Part shown: piece after piece, positions 13,779 through 32,566 of the stretch
Layout: every line of letters starts with the position of its first letter
Position numbering within the stretch: the first letter of the stretch is position 1
Assembly: GCF_009914755.1 (NCBI RefSeq)
Contig: NC_060940.1
Strand: one strand, 5' to 3'
Length of the DNA: 64,000 nt
DNA from: the human T2T-CHM13v2.0 reference genome, Homo sapiens
Made by a program: the position numbers and the translations under genes
The notes under the pieces: model-generated
What the model was told of the DNA's origin: nothing
Database searches by the model: none
What the model saw: the letters and a program-made list of their open reading frames with translations, nothing else

Positions 13779-15899
13779 AATTGCTTTTTCAATCACTCTT
13801 TGCCTGGCTAACTTCTTCGCCAGATTTTTGGCTTAAATGTCACATCTTTAAAAGAGTCTTTATGATCCAGTGCCCGGGTCCAACTTACTTCTTGACCTTG
13901 CTATAACCTCTGATTGTACTCTTTACTTTCCTTTCATATCACTCTCAACTTGTAGTTTTGTTTATTTGTAAAATTATACATTTAAAGTAGGACTTTCTCA
14001 TTAAAACTCAGCTCCTTGAAGGCAGAGGCCATGTCTTTTATACAGCTGTTTGTCCCTAACACCTAGCACAAGACCTGACAGGCATGAAGCACTCTGTAAA
14101 TACATCCTTAATAAATTTAATTTCCGTGTATGTTCCTTTTCCCCTTGATTAAACTTGCAAGAGCTTTGTCTATCCTCCCTCTTTTCATTCCTTCCTCCTT
14201 CCTTTCCTCTCTCTTGCCTTCCTTCATCCCCTTACTCTTTCTCTCTTTTGAAGAAACAACTCCTGGAATAATTTGTCAACTCTACTATTTTTATCATTTC
14301 TAAGCCCCAAATTTCTGCTTTTATCAGTATTATTTCCTTCATCTATATTCATTATTTTTCCTATACTCCTTTTTCTTATTTTTTGAGCTCTTGGGCTTAT
14401 TTGCCATCACTTTCTTCCTCCTACCTGATTTAGCTATACTGCGCCTGCATTTTCTTAAGGAAGCTGAGCTTTTTTTAATTTTGGGACTCTTTCTGAGCAC
14501 GTTATTTTCTCTGTGTGATAGACGCTTCCTTCATTAAATTAGCGGATATTTAATGGATACCTTCCCATCTGAACTACTAATTCAGGTCTACTGAACTACT
14601 AGTTCTTTAATACCTGGCTCAGCTGTAGCTTGTCTGAAATGCTTTCCTGCTTCTACTCCCCTGTAAGTTAATCTGTTTCTTAGTCCCACAACTATACCTT
14701 GAGTAGACATCCGTTATAGTGCATATATGGCACTGGAATATTTATTTGTACTCCACCTTCCCCACTGAACTCTGAGCTCCACAATGACAGTGGCTTACCC
14801 TTGTGTCTATTTTTCAGTGGGCTTACATTCTGGAGAAAAGGGAAATAGATAATCAGCATGGCTTTCTTTAAGGTTTCATCTCCCCAAGAAGTAAAAGAGA
14901 TCTAAAAAAATAAATAGAATAAGTCAATGTGAAAATGGACAAAAAGACGAAGAGATAGAAAAAATGTCAAGTTATGTACCATGTATATTTTCAACTTTAT
15001 TGAATAATGCTAATGAAAATTTATTGAGACAAGAAGGAAAAAATGGGGAGGCCCATAAAAATATAAATTTGGTGTAAATAAGAGAGGTTTTGAGAAAACT
15101 CACACTGGCTGGACTTGGTCCCTACAAAATATAAATTTTGAAGGGTTTGGCAATTGGGACAGAATAAAAACCCTGATCAGAGTGGAATAAATTTGAAGTC
15201 CTCAAAGAATGTGTTTTGTAGTCAACCAGGGGAGGATCAAAGACATTAAAGGCATCAAAGGACCCAGTAGATAAAAAAGCAAATAACCTTTGTGCCTTTA
15301 CTTAGCAGTGCCTGACAGTCTAAGAACTGAAGTGGGTAATGGATGATGCGTCTGGGAACCGGGAAGGCAGAGGTAATGGAATTTCATGAAGGCAAAGGCA
15401 TCAAGAATGCTTATAAGAATCAGTGATGTGGCTTACCATGGGCTGAGATGAGCGAGGCCAGAAAGAGAGGTGTGAGAATGGAGCTCCTGGTCATGGCAGA
15501 CAACAGGTTCTGGGGGAAAATAGAAATGAAGAGGTGGAAGGAGAAATTATTATGACAAGTGGGGAGGGTTTCAGAATTCACACTATGTTTAGAGTAGGTC
15601 AACATTAGGGTTACATCTTCTCACTGGGCACAATCATTTTTATCCCATTCCATTGATGGAAATGAAATAAAAATTATAAAACATCAAAAGAATAAAAACT
15701 GGTTAAAGATTTATCAGTCCCTTTACTGTCTGTCAAATTCAATGCCAACTGCTATTCAGGTATTAGAACCTGCACAGTTCCTGCCGTGCGGCTGAAGGTG
15801 AAATTTCCCACTAGTCAGGGCAGCCCTGGGCCCCAGGCATGCTGTGGTTCATTTGATGATGGAGCGGGTTTCAGAGTGATTGTCCTAGCTTGCGGCTGA

Positions 15900-16452
<553 letters not shown>

Positions 16453-17107
16453 GTTTCTTTAATCTTACTTAGAACACCAAGGGATAAGAGTCTCTATACA
16501 TTTTATAAAAAAGATACAAGGCAAATAAGAATGATTTTTAAATACATGGGGCTTTAAGCTACAAATTTACAGACACATTTTCCCTGTTCTGGTTTCATAT
16601 TTCTATGCTTTCCGGGAGGCAGCACAGATCTTGGTGTTGCTGTCTTTCAAACAAGAGAAAAGAGTCAAAACAGTTAATCTCACATGCTTTCACATGATAA
16701 AGAAAAATCAGCACAAGTTGGCATAGGGGGAGATGTTGGTAGCAGAGCCAAAGTAAAGGATTTTCCCAATGGGTCCTTGTAATGATGCCCTCTTGGAGGA
16801 GGAGGGACTCGGAGTAATATACAAAGATCCAAGCTGTGGCCAGGCCTTTAAGTAACTCAAGTGGTTTAGAAGTGATGGCCACATCCCATGAGAAGGCCAA
16901 GCAATCAAAGCCAAAAGATGAAGGATGGTGATGGCCCTGAGGATACTGGTAGGAGGCAAGGTAAGAAGGATAACGGTATAGGGGCCAAAGACCAAGGTTT
17001 CAAACTTTAGCAACTAAAATGATGATGATGCAACAGAAAATAAAGATGACTAAGTAAAAGCAAACCTACTCTGTGAATAAGGGATTGGGTGCAACTAACC
17101 TGCCTGA

Positions 17108-17542
<435 letters not shown>

Positions 17543-19497
17543 TGATGGCTTTTTGAACTGAGGTGGGAAAAGTTGGGGAAACAGTAAGGGATTGGTCACT
17601 TAAACCACCTTCAAATTGCAGTTTAACAGAAGCCCAAGCTCCATCTTCTTCCCTAAGACTGGACACTAGTGCTTCCATTTTCTTAACTGCACATTCAGAA
17701 AATTAGTTCCTAAGGCAGCCGTCATGGTGGTTGACATAGACGGACTATAGTGATCACTTGACAGGTGCAAGAGCTTCAGTATCAGGTACTCTCTATCCGT
17801 GCTTGCCATTGCTTCCTTTCACCTCTGCACTTCCGGGAGCAACATTAACAGCTGGAAAAATGAGAAATGCCTGTACGTGAGTTACTGCACCCACAACAAG
17901 TCAGTGCCGACTGGTAAGTTTGCTGGTTCACCATCTACCAACTTTTGCATTCTAACTTCATGCTATGTGTGAGTTGAGTTCATGCCTTGACAAAATTTCA
18001 CAATCGTTCATCTCAGAGTCACTTTCAAATAATCTAAATGGTAAGTACTGAATGTGCAAGCGCCAAGGGACTGGTGTTTAAATATATTTGCATATGAACT
18101 GATTTCTAAACCATCCTCTGGATCTCATACCATTAGTTAATATCTCTATAGGCTCTTCAAACATAAGTTAATTCTGTTTTATTTCTTTGTGCTATTATTG
18201 TGGTCCCCTAAGGGGTTATATTTGGGAAAAGATACTGAATCATGGCTTTCAACTTTGAACTATTTGGAAACTAAACGTCCCCAAAAGTCCCACCCTTAAC
18301 CAAATTAGTTTCACTTCAGGGAATGAATAGATCTGAGATTGACTTGTTAGTTCTTGAAGATTAACACAGAGTAATATTTATATTGAATTTTTGATTAAAT
18401 GATTTTATTAAAGCCTCTAAAAAATAACCCTTTTCATTGGTTCAGACAAAAGATGGCTTTGCTTCAGAAATGCCAGCACAGCCTCCCAGACAGAATGCCT
18501 GTGCGGTGTCTTTTTTCCTCTCCCACTTTCACTTCCTAAAAGGGAGAAGCTCCTCAAGGGTCTCAGACACGGCGCTACTGTGTGGCAAGGGGGCACCGCT
18601 CACACAGCAGTCTGACCACGTGAAGCTGCTTCACAGTCAGAAGTGCAGGGAACAGGGAGAAAAGTTGTTCTTAGTTATGTGAATACATATAGAAAAACTC
18701 TTAAAGAAAGCTTTGCTAGTGTTGTAGGTCAGTTTCCAGGGCCTGAGATGAAGATTGTTGTGAAAAGAAGAAATGTTCTTTGCTCCAATGTTTTATTGGA
18801 GAAATGCTCTCTGGAGAGAGGACGTGAGGCAAATGGGAGAAGAAAACTAAGCAAGACTGTGGTCTCAGCTGGAGGCTCACTTCAGCCTGATACCTCAGGA
18901 AGCTCTGGCCCACCTTGAGACCAGGCACTGGCCTTTTGTACCCCAGATAGTCACTGGACACTGGCCCCCCTGTGGTGGGGAGTAACCAGGAAAAGCAGTG
19001 TCACCTTAGCAACCAATACTCAAAGCAACTGAAGAACGAGTTCACCACCGGTTAAGGGACCTGGGCAGGGCACTAACAGCATCCACTACACTTGGGGAGG
19101 GAAGAAAGAAGGTTAGAAAAGAAAGGAAGGACTCTCTGTGAGCGAATAGTTTATAAGCTGAGACTGGGTGGTGAGTGAGAATCAGGGTAAGAGGCTTAGA
19201 GGAGAAGCAGGGAGAGTGGTGTCCCAGGAAAAGAGAACTGCAATGCAATGGCCTAGGGCTGGGTGACATCCCTTGCTCTTTGTTCTGGGTGTTCTGGCCT
19301 CCTGATTCTGGGATTGAAGGAATGGGTGAAGTGGTACTGCCATAAAGAAGTAGCAATGCGGTAGAGTTTTGTACTTTTGGGGTTCTAGAAGGGGTCCAAC
19401 AGATTTGTGAAAGAAAATATGAGTATGTGCTGGGCTCTGAAGACTGCTAGTATCACTTTTCAAGTACTTTACCCTCTGTATAAAAGTATATTTAAAC

Positions 19498-19803
<306 letters not shown>

Positions 19804-20731
19804 TTATCTGCTTTAGAGGGATGAGTGAAGTTTCCTATGCCTGGAAAGTTTACAAATGCCTACCAAGCTCAAGCCCTTGGTCTAGAAGGGTGAAGGATCT
19901 TCTGTGGTCTGTGGGGTAACATGGTCCATCCCTCCCAGGTAGGACATCCTATGTGCCATCCCCTACTGACTTAAGGCACATAAAATTCAATGAAGATAAA
20001 AAGAAAGAAAGATAGAGAGATAGATAGATGACAAGGGAGTTAAAAATACAAATTTTTGCATGAATTCGGAGATATCAAAAGCCAACAAATAATGTGTTAA
20101 CTATCCCATGAAGATTAAGGTAGGGAGAAGAATTAACCCTATCTCCTCAGTGTCCCAGCATGAGGTATTTTGATAAGCTATACTCAACTCAGCTGGAGCT
20201 GAGCAAGGCAGGTGGATGCAAGGGCAATTGGTAGGGAAGAAGGACTTTGGTTGTGATTGAAGATAAAAGGTGCTCAATAAATATGTATTGGATAGTGAAT
20301 GAATATCCTAATGAGGCCTCATTTCCTACGGCCACTCTAAAGACAAGCTATAAAAGAGAAGAAACAAAGAGAAAAAAAGACAAAATAACAAAAGAAACAT
20401 AACAGATTAAGAAGAGCATAAAGCCACACATTTTAAAATGAGACAAGAGAATTTCAACTAAAGATGAATTGAGGACAGACATATACCAAGGTCCTTCAAA
20501 TGTTAAAAAAAAACACAAAACCCTGCATTTTTAAAAGAACCAGTCCACAACAATGCTAGAGAACTAGAGAGGCAAGTACCTGGAGAAGAACATTTCGAAG
20601 AAATCTTAGAATACAGAACACAGATGGGATCTGATTAATGAATAAAACAGATCATGGAAAGTTGTAGCCCCAAATTCCAGAAGGAAGAGGAATCCTTCCC
20701 AAAGGAGTCCTTTAAAAACTCCAAGCTCCAG

Positions 20732-20999
20732 TGCTCGAGGCCAGGAGTTTGAGGCCAGCCCGAGCAACATAGTGAGATCCTGTCTCTCTAAAAACTTAAA
20801 AAAAAAAAATTAGCTAGGCATGGTGGCACACACCTGTAGCCCTGGCTACTCAGAAGGCTGAAGAGGGAAGATCACTTGAGTCCAGGAGTTTGGGGCTGCA
20901 GTGAGCTATGATTGTGCCACTGCAATCCAACCTGGGTGACAGAGTGAGACCTTGTCTCTAAAAAATTAAACAAATAAATAAATAAATAAATAAATAAAA
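20732..20999 (+). mobile_element. 5'-truncated AluJ with (TAAA)n tail
   Basis: GCAGTGAGCTATGATTGTGCCACTGCA (AluJ-type) followed by a TAAA array. Confidence 0.9.
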
Positions 21000-21519
21000 C
21001 CTTCCAACCTCCTACTCCACAACTATAAAGGACAGGGATATGGAACAAGTATCAAGGTGATTAATAAATTAATTATAGTTTGAGTCCACGTGGTCTGTTT
21101 CATCGAATTTGCATCCTACTCTCTCTCCTTGTATGTAATACTCCAGCTCCATGGGCCTGCTTTATGTCCCTTTATGTAATATGTTCCTACCTCAATGCCT
21201 TTGCACTTACTATTTCCTCTGTCTGCAACAATCTATCCATAGACCCTGACAAGGTTGGCTCTTCCTTGTCATTCAGATCTTAGTTCAAACCTCACCTATG
21301 CAGCAAAAACAACTTCTCTGACCACAATATCTAAATTAGATCCCAACCCTAGCCTGTCACTCTATCACATTACTCTGATTCCTTTCCTTCCCAGCACATA
21401 TTAGTCTCTGAGATTGTCTTATTTGTTTATTTCTTTATTATTATCTGTGGGCAAGGATCTTATCTACCTGGTTTATCAGAGTATCCACAGCATCTGGAAC
21501 ATTAATACAATGTGGTGCT

Positions 21520-22070
21520 TGTATCAGTTAGCTTTTGCTGTGTAACAAATGACCCCAAAAGTTAATGGCCTCAAACAACAACACTTTATTTAGTCTATGA
21601 TTTGGGTCAGCTAGGCAGTTCTTATCTGCATGAGCTCAGCTAATCTCTGTGGAGCTCTTTCAAGCATCCTTAGTCTGCTTTTAGGTTGGCTGGTGGTTGG
21701 ATAATCCAGGAAGTCTTTTCCATGTGTCTAGTGTCTAGTTGGCTGTTGATCAGGGCAACAAAGCCATCTGGACCATATGCCCTTTGTTATCCAGCAGGCT
21801 TGCTTGGGCTTCTTCACAGAGTTGTAGGGCTCCAAGAGCATCAAGAGGAAGTAAGTAATCACAATGTGCAAGTGATTTTCATATGTCTGTTTCAAGTCAC
21901 TTTTCTATAGTCCTGTTGAACAAAGCAGGTCACATGGCCACACCCAAGTTCAAAGGTATGAAGAAATAGACCCCACCTCTTGCTAAGAGGAGCTCTAAAG
22001 TCACATTGCAAACAGAGGTAGATACAGAGATAAGCACAATTTATAGCCATTTTTGCATTCTTATCATAGT
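21520..22070 (-). mobile_element. MLT1-family MaLR LTR
   Basis: TGTATCAGTTAGCTTTTGCTGTGTAACAAATGACCCCAAAA and GGTCACATGGCCACACCCAAG motifs. Confidence 0.75.
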
Positions 22071-22599
22071 ACTCAATAAATATATGCCGAAGATATTTGA
22101 CTTAAAGAATTGAGTCTTGGAAGGTGGGGTTAGTTGGGCCCCTTCTACCTTCCTCCCTGAATATATACAGCAGAGAACAGAAGTTTTTGGTCCCACATAA
22201 GAATCCAAGCTGTGCACTCCGAAGAAAAAATAATTCTAGCTACACCGAGATGCCCCCTCATTTGAGTGTAAAACCATGAATGAGAAGCAAAGCAGAGTTT
22301 GAGGAAACTCTGAAACACACAACAGGCAAATCATAAAAAAAGAAAGGCAAGACAGGTTTGCTCAAAAAGGAATATATCAAAGTATCTCACTGCTAAGAAT
22401 AAAGTCTTCCTTTTTTTTGAGTCATTGTCTACAGCCTGCCTACCCTTTATCCACATCTCTTAAATGAAGTTTTTCAGTTATCACACCCTACCCACTAGCA
22501 GAGGCATCCCAAGGAGAAGTGTCTTGGTGAACAGAGCTACACAAATGCAAATGAAAACCTCCTTACTTCACAGCCTAGATCTTTATTCATAAACATGAA

Positions 22600-23980
22600 C
22601 CAACAACAGAGTCAACAAATATGTAAGGAAAAGAAATTGCACATGAGAAATGTTAACATTAATAAATAAAATACAGGCGACTGCTGTGAAAACAGGCAAA
22701 CCGAAGAGCAAGAACGAGAGTCCCTGGTAATTAAAAATATGTGTGGCACTACAGAGAAAATTCTGTGGGCAGACTGGGTAAGAAAATGGATGTAGTTAAT
22801 GATCACATCAGTGATCTGATGATAAAATTCAATGGAATCATGCAGCCCTGAGCAAAAGGCAAAATAATAAGAAGTCTGAGAGAAATATTAAGCAGCATAG
22901 GTGTCTGCTGTTTCTTTTATTGGGGTTCTAGAGGCAGACAAAATAGTCAATAAAGGGAGGAAAAATTCAATGATCTACTATAACATAACTTCCCTGAGAC
23001 AAAGTCATAAGTAATCAGTTTGAAAAGAATTTCAAAGAGAATCCGTATACATTAAAAAAAATCCATATCTAGAAAAACTTCTGGACTTTAAGGAGAAAGA
23101 AGAAATACTAAAAGCTTCCAGACATACAAAATAAAGTTCACTTGCAGTGACAGGGGAGTCAAACTAAATTCTCATTAGTGATCTTGGATGCCAGAAGAAA
23201 GTGAAATATACCCTTAAATTTTTGAGGGTATATGATTTTAAACCTAGTATTCAATACTTAGTCAAACTCTAAAAGAGCAGTTTAAAGACATGTACAGAAA
23301 TTTAGGATTCAATCAAGGACCTCACAAAAAAAAAATACTCAAGGAGATGCTCCAGCAAAACAAACAAACAAAAATGTAAGAAATTAATAGCTGAATATCA
23401 TACAGAAGAAGCAAAGAAAATTAAAAAGACTTTAAAAGAGGCTATATTTGAACCCTGGGATTTGAGAAATTCTCTCTTAAGCAGAAGGATTTTAATGACA
23501 CTAAATATCTTCTTAATGGATCTATTCTCATTACTTGATAGTTAATGAATAATGTTTATATAATTGCAACCTGAAAATTAGTGTTTTTTCATTTATTTTC
23601 AATTTTTATTATTAATGCATAGACAAAGTACAGAACACTTAATTAGATATATAGAAAATTGTATAAGAGTTATAAACTTGTCAACATAAAAATAATAAAA
23701 CTAATAAAACCTTGGGCTGGAGAGGAAGATGGTGGTAATGCAAAGAAGCTAAATTTCTTATCTATCATAAGCAGGAAGTCAAAGGATGGTATCTAAAGTT
23801 AGTAAATTAAAAAAAAAGAAATATAAGCATATAATTTAAAATTATAATGGTAACCACTAAGATAATTAAACAACAGAAACTCTTCAATTAGCTGTTTCTA
23901 CGAAATAGGTCTGGAAAGGTTGAAGATTGGTTAGCAGGATTTTCACTTTTCATTTCAGACTTCTTTATATGTGGAATGAT
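22600..23980 (+). mobile_element. Ancient L1M fragments (ORF1-like and downstream)
   Basis: Strong A-rich strand bias; GGATGCCAGAAGAAAGTG...TTTTAAACCTAGTATTC resembles the decayed ORF1 C-terminal region. Confidence 0.6.
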
Positions 23981-24004
23981 CCTTGGGGGTGGGTAGGGTA
24001 GGGT

Positions 24005-24271
24005 ACAGGATCTCTCTTGCTGCTCAGGCTGGAGTGCAGTGGCATGATCATAACTCATTGCAGCCTCAGATTCCTGGGCTCAGAAGATCCTCCTGCCTCA
24101 GCCTCTTGAATAGCTGTGACTATAGGTATACATCATGAAACCTGGCTTTTTGCAGAGACAGAGTCTTGCTGTGTTGCTCATGTTGGTCTTGAACTCCCAG
24201 TCGCAAGTGATCCTCCTGCCTCAGGCTCCCAAAGTGTTGAGATTACAGGTGTGAGCCACTGCTCCTGGCCC
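24005..24271 (-). mobile_element. AluJ SINE
   Basis: Diverged Alu arms ending CTCCTGGCCC. Confidence 0.9.
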
Positions 24272-26661
24272 AAAATAACTTTTTATTTTATTTGTTTCTA
24301 TATGCAAGTATTATTTTGATTAAAAATTATTTAAGGCAATAGAATAATTAATTTGTAATAAAATTTACCAGTAATACAATTTAATAAAACTTCAGTGAGA
24401 ACTGTAATAGTTTCAGAAGAGTTAAGATAACAGAAGGCTAAAATCAAACAAATACAAATTTAAAACAAAACTAAGAAGTGACACAAAAATTATTAAATCA
24501 AAAATTTAAAAGCTTGAAAGCTTTTTAAAATATATAAATGACAAAATTTAAGATAAAAGATTGGAAGTTATTATAGTTTTCAAGGAAATATAAATGAAGG
24601 ATAAGCACATGAGGTAAAAGTTAAATATGTAGGAGTTGATTAGGCTAACAATTAAGACCTACTATGTTAAGGTGAAAAGTATGAATACTAAGCACAAAAA
24701 CTCTAAAAAAATGTTTTCAGAAAAAAATGTAAAGTTTAGTAGCTAGATGGAAGAAAAAAGACATCTAAAAGTTCATGTTTAAAATACTATTTTTGAATAA
24801 ATATTTCTGATAGTTATAATTTTTCATCCATTCATTCATTCATTCACCACTTTAAAAAAGACAAAAAGCCTTTATTGGACATACTTACTTGATAATCCCG
24901 GTGAGATATGAAGATGAAAAAAAAACCTACTATATGTGTCAAATAGGTCAAATTGAGTAGAAGAGAGAAACACAGGCACAACTAAATAAAACACAATAGA
25001 ATAAAGTTACAATAAAGCTTTGTACCATGTTCTACGGGGCCACAGAGAATGGTGCAATTAACTTGCCTTGGGCATTGGGAATAATACAAAGTGGAGATGC
25101 ATTTTCTGTTCCACTTTGAAGAGTAAATGGGAATTTCCCACTGAGCTAGAAGAGCCAGGGCATTTCAGGCAGAGGGAACAAAAGTAGAAGGAAAAATAGG
25201 TTTGAAATTACATGGCATGTTTGAAGAAAGATTAATAATTTAGTGTGGTGAGAGTTTGAGATATATGGCAAGAAGTGAATATGAAGTTGGAAAGATAAAT
25301 TGGTACCAGACTGTAAAGAGTTCACATGGTATCTGAAAGTTTTTACTTTGCACTATATATAGTTGGAAACCTTTGAAAGATTTTATGCACCCTAATGACA
25401 TAATCAGAACCTACTTAATTCTGAGTTATGATGATAGAAAGCTAGTGCCTTTGGATTGGCCATTCCCCATACTCATATAGATGTAAACATTCAAGAGGAC
25501 ATGAAGAATTTCAATAGCACCAGGAACTAGGAATATTAAACGATCACTTGCTATAAAACAGGAAAAACTTTCATTACTTAACTCTTTAAAGCCTACAGAT
25601 AAAATGGTAGAACCACTAATGGAAAAAATATCTCAAGAAATTTGACAAGATTTCTTCCATCAGGGTTAAAGAAATTTAAATTTTCTTCAATATGGAAGCT
25701 ATTTACTAGGGTAGTCAGAGTCATTTAACACCCTTACTAAGCATCAGTTGTGATCTGAAATCTGCAGTTGGAAGAAAATGAGCTGGAAGAGCTGTAGGAG
25801 TAGCATATAGTAAAGGTTGTAGATTTTTTATCATGAATGCAGAAATAGCCTATCCAGAAATAAATTCTAAATATTTTAGAAAGACAATCAGGTGGTGGTA
25901 TCAAGATATCACTTCTTAGAACACCACATTATTATTTTAAGGAATAGTTGGCTTTTTTAAACTAGAAAAATTAATGGTAGTTGGCTAAACTAGAAGGTTT
26001 CATAATAATTATCTGTTTTAACCAAAAAGTTGGCTAAAGGCTATGCATATGAAATAATTCTAAGCCTCAGAGCAGGAAGAAGTAATAGACCACTTAGCAA
26101 CCTGATGGGCATTCCGGCGAACTGAAGAGAAATTATGTATATCGCAAATAGGAAAAGGCTATATATTTCCTATTCCTCACTGAACAGGATGAAATGGAAA
26201 TAAGAACAACCAGGCAACCCCTTGCTGACCCATATTTCAAGTTGCTGTCTGTAGACTGAGCAGCTGGACCTGTCCTGGCAATCAGGCATGACCATGCAGC
26301 CCTGGACTTCAGGCTTGTGTGGCAGACTCCATCTCTGTGTCACATCTATGTCAAGCCTACTTCAGTGGCCCAGGCTCCATAGAGCTCTCAGTGGCAGGCA
26401 GCTTTTGGTGTGCCCCAGTGCTATGCTGGCTGTATCTGCACTAGGCTTCTGGCCTGCCCCAGTGCCATACCTGTCACAGTGGGCCCTGGGCTTCTGTTGC
26501 ATCCCAGGACTCAGCTGCCTCTGGTTTCTGGTGTGACCCAGTGCCATGCCTGCCAAAGGCTTTCCTAGGCAAAGTCATTCTGTGAAGACTGGAATAAGTA
26601 CCTACTTCTTCAAATGTGCCGACACTGACACGCAACCACAAGCATTAGGAACAGTCATGGA

Positions 26662-26960
26662 GGCCGGGTGCGGTGGCTCACGCCTGTAATCCCAGCACTT
26701 TGGGAGGCCGAGGCGGGTGGATCACGAGGTCAGGAGATCGATACCATCCTGGCTAACACGGTGAAACCCCGTCCCTACTAAAGATACAAAAAATTAGCCG
26801 GGTGTGGTGGTGGGTGCCTGTAATCCCAGCTACTCGGGAGGCTGAGGCAGGAGAATGGGTAAACCCGGGAGGCAGAGCTTGCAGTGAGCCGAGATCTGGC
26901 CACTGCACTCCAGACTGGGTGACAGAACAAGACTCCGTCTCAAAAAAAAAAAAAAAAAAA
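26662..26960 (+). mobile_element. AluY SINE
   Basis: AluY diagnostics (GGATCACGAGG, CCATCCTGGCTAACACGG, GAGCTTGCAG), CpG-rich; perfect 13-bp TSD GAACAGTCATGGA. Confidence 0.97.
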
Positions 26961-27898
26961 GAACAGTCATGGAAACATGATGCCACCAAAAAGACAAAAT
27001 AAGTGCCAGTGACTGGCCCTAAAGAAATAGAATATAAACTACTTGACAAATAATTCAAAAGAACTGTTTTAGGGAAGCACAACAAACTTTAAACAAACAT
27101 AGATAAACAATTCAACAAAATGATGGAAATACTTGGTGACCAGAACAAAAAAATTATTAGAGAGATTGAAATAATAAAAGAAAAATCAAACAGAAATCCT
27201 GGAGCTGAAATACACAATGAATGAAATGAAAAATTCAACAGTGAACATCAATAGCTGAATTAATCATACAGAAGAAAGAATCTGTGAGCTCAGAAACAAG
27301 TTATTTGAAAATACAGAGTCAGAAGGGAAAAATAAAAAAAGAATAAAAAGGAATAAAGAAAGCTTACAGGATTTACGGGTGGGCAGCACAAGAGCCAATG
27401 TATGAGTCATTGGTGTGCGAGATAGAGTAGAGAAAGATAAAGGGATAGAAAGTTTATTTTAAAAAAACAAGAGCAGAAAACATCCCATACCTGGAGAAAG
27501 ATATAAATATCCAGGTACAAAAAAATAAAAAAATCTCTAGTCAGATTCAATGCAAATAAGATTACCTGAAGACATATTATAATCAAATTGTCGAAAATAA
27601 AAAAACAAAGAGGATCTTGAAAGCAGCAAGAGAAAAGCAACAAAAAAACATATAAGGGAGTTCCAATATGGCTAACGGAAGACTTCTTAGCAGAAAGCTT
27701 ACAGGCCAAGAGAGAGGGCAATGGTATATTCAAACTGCTGAAGAAAAAAACAAAAACAAAAACAAAAAAACAACTACCAAATACTAAGCAAAACTATCCT
27801 GCAGAAATAGAGAGATAAAGACTTTCAAAGACAAATAATAGCTGAGAGTGTTCACTACCGTAAGACTCTTCTTACAAGAAATGATGAAAGGTTTTTTC

Positions 27899-28066
27899 CA
27901 GGAATGGTGCTGCATACCTGTAGCTAGCTACTTGGGGAGGCTGAGGTGAGAGGATCACTTGAGTCCAGGAGTTTGAGGCTGCAGTGAGCAATGATTGTGC
28001 CACTGCACTCCAGCCTAGGTGATAGAGCAAGACCCCGTTTCTTAAAAATAACAAAACAAAACAAAA
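27899..28066 (+). mobile_element. AluJ right-arm/FRAM-like fragment
   Basis: Single Alu arm followed by a (CAAAA)n tail. Confidence 0.85.
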
Positions 28067-29889
28067 ATGCAAAAGGAGTTCTTCAAGCCAAAAGAAAAGC
28101 ATGCTAATGGGTAACATAAAAACACTTGAAAGTATAAAACTCACTAGTAAAAGTAAGAGGACAACCAAATTCAGAATACTCTAATGGTGTAATGGCGTGT
28201 GAGTCACTTATATTTTTAATACGAAGGTTAAAATACCAACTGTTTAAAAAATAAAAAGTACAATAATTTCTTAAAAGATATAGAATATAAAAAGATGTAA
28301 ATTGTGAAATATAAATTCAAACTGTGGGGAGGTGGAGTAAAAGTGTAGAGTTTTTTTTTTTTTGCAATCAAATTTAAGTTGTTATTAGCTTAAAATAACC
28401 TGCTATATGTAATTATAAGATGTTTTTTGTAAGGCTCATGGTAGCCACAAAGAAAATCCTATAGTAGATTCACAAAAAATTAAAAGCAAGATATCAAAAT
28501 ATATGATCACAAAAAATCACTTAGCCACAATGGAAGATAGCAAGAGAGGAAAAAAGGAACAAAGGATCAACAAATGAATTAGAAAACAATTTACAAAATG
28601 GCTGTAGTAGGTCCTTACCTGTCAAGAATTGCCTGAAATGTAAATGGGTTAAAATCTCTAATCAAAAGACACAGAGTGATTGAATGGACAAAAACAAAAA
28701 CAACAACAACAACAAAAAACAAGACTATACTGCCAACAAGAGCCTCATTCCACTTGTAAAGATGCATGACTGAAAGTGAAGAGAAAAAGAAATATATTCT
28801 TTGCAAATGCAAAACAAAAGAGAGCGGGAGTAGCTATACTTATATCAGATAAAATAGACTTTAAGTCAAACACTAAAAAGAGAAAAAGAAGGTCATTATA
28901 GAATGATAAAGGAGTCAATTCAGCAGGAGGATGCAACAATTGTAAATGCATATGCGCTCAACATTGAAGGACCCAAATACATATCTGAAGAGAGTCTCTC
29001 TCTTCAGGCTTAAGATTTTCAACTTTTATTGCATTTTATTCTCTCTCTCTTTCATCTAAGTTCTGAAGAGAGAGAGAGACTAAAATGCAATAATAGTAGG
29101 GTACTTCAACACACTCCTCTTTCAGTAATGGACAGATCATCCAGACAGAAAATCAAAATGAAAACATGGAACTTAAACTACAATAAAATCAAATGGACCT
29201 AACAGACATATGCAGAACATTTCATCCAACAAATGCAGAATACACATTCTTCTCCACAACACAAGGAAGATTCTCTGGGATAAATCATAGGTCAGAAATA
29301 AAGTAAAATAATTTAAGAAGATGAAAATCATATCAAATATTTTTTCTGACCACAATGGTATAAAACTAGAAATCAATAACAGAAAGAACTTTGGAAAATT
29401 TACTAATATGTAGAAATTAAACATGTTCGTGAACAACCAATGGGTAAATGAAGAAGCTAACAAATTTCTTGAAACAAATGAAAATGGAAACACAACATAC
29501 AAAACCTATATGATAAAGCAAAATCTGTTCTCAGAGGGAAATTTATAGCAGTAAACACCTATATCAAAAGACAAGAAAGATCAAAAGTAGGCAGCCTAAC
29601 ATTGCACCTCAAAGAACTAGAAAAACAAGAAAAAGCTAAGTTCAAACTTAGTAGAAGGAAATAATCAAGATCAGAGCAGAAATAAATGAAACAGAGACTA
29701 GAAAACTAACAGGCAAGATTACACTAAGAGTTGCTTTTTTTAAAGGACAAATGAAATGAACATTTTTTTAGCTAGATTGAGAAACAAATAAAAGACTCAA
29801 ATAAATAAAATAAAATCAGATATAAAAAAGGAGACATTACAGCTGATGCAACAGCTGTATTTATATTTATAAAGGGTAGTAAGAGAATA

Positions 29890-32566
<2,677 letters not shown>

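Noticed and set aside
25400-26200. A-rich segment that might be an ancient LINE or DNA-transposon coding remnant
   Set aside because: I could not assign a family or reading frame by eye.
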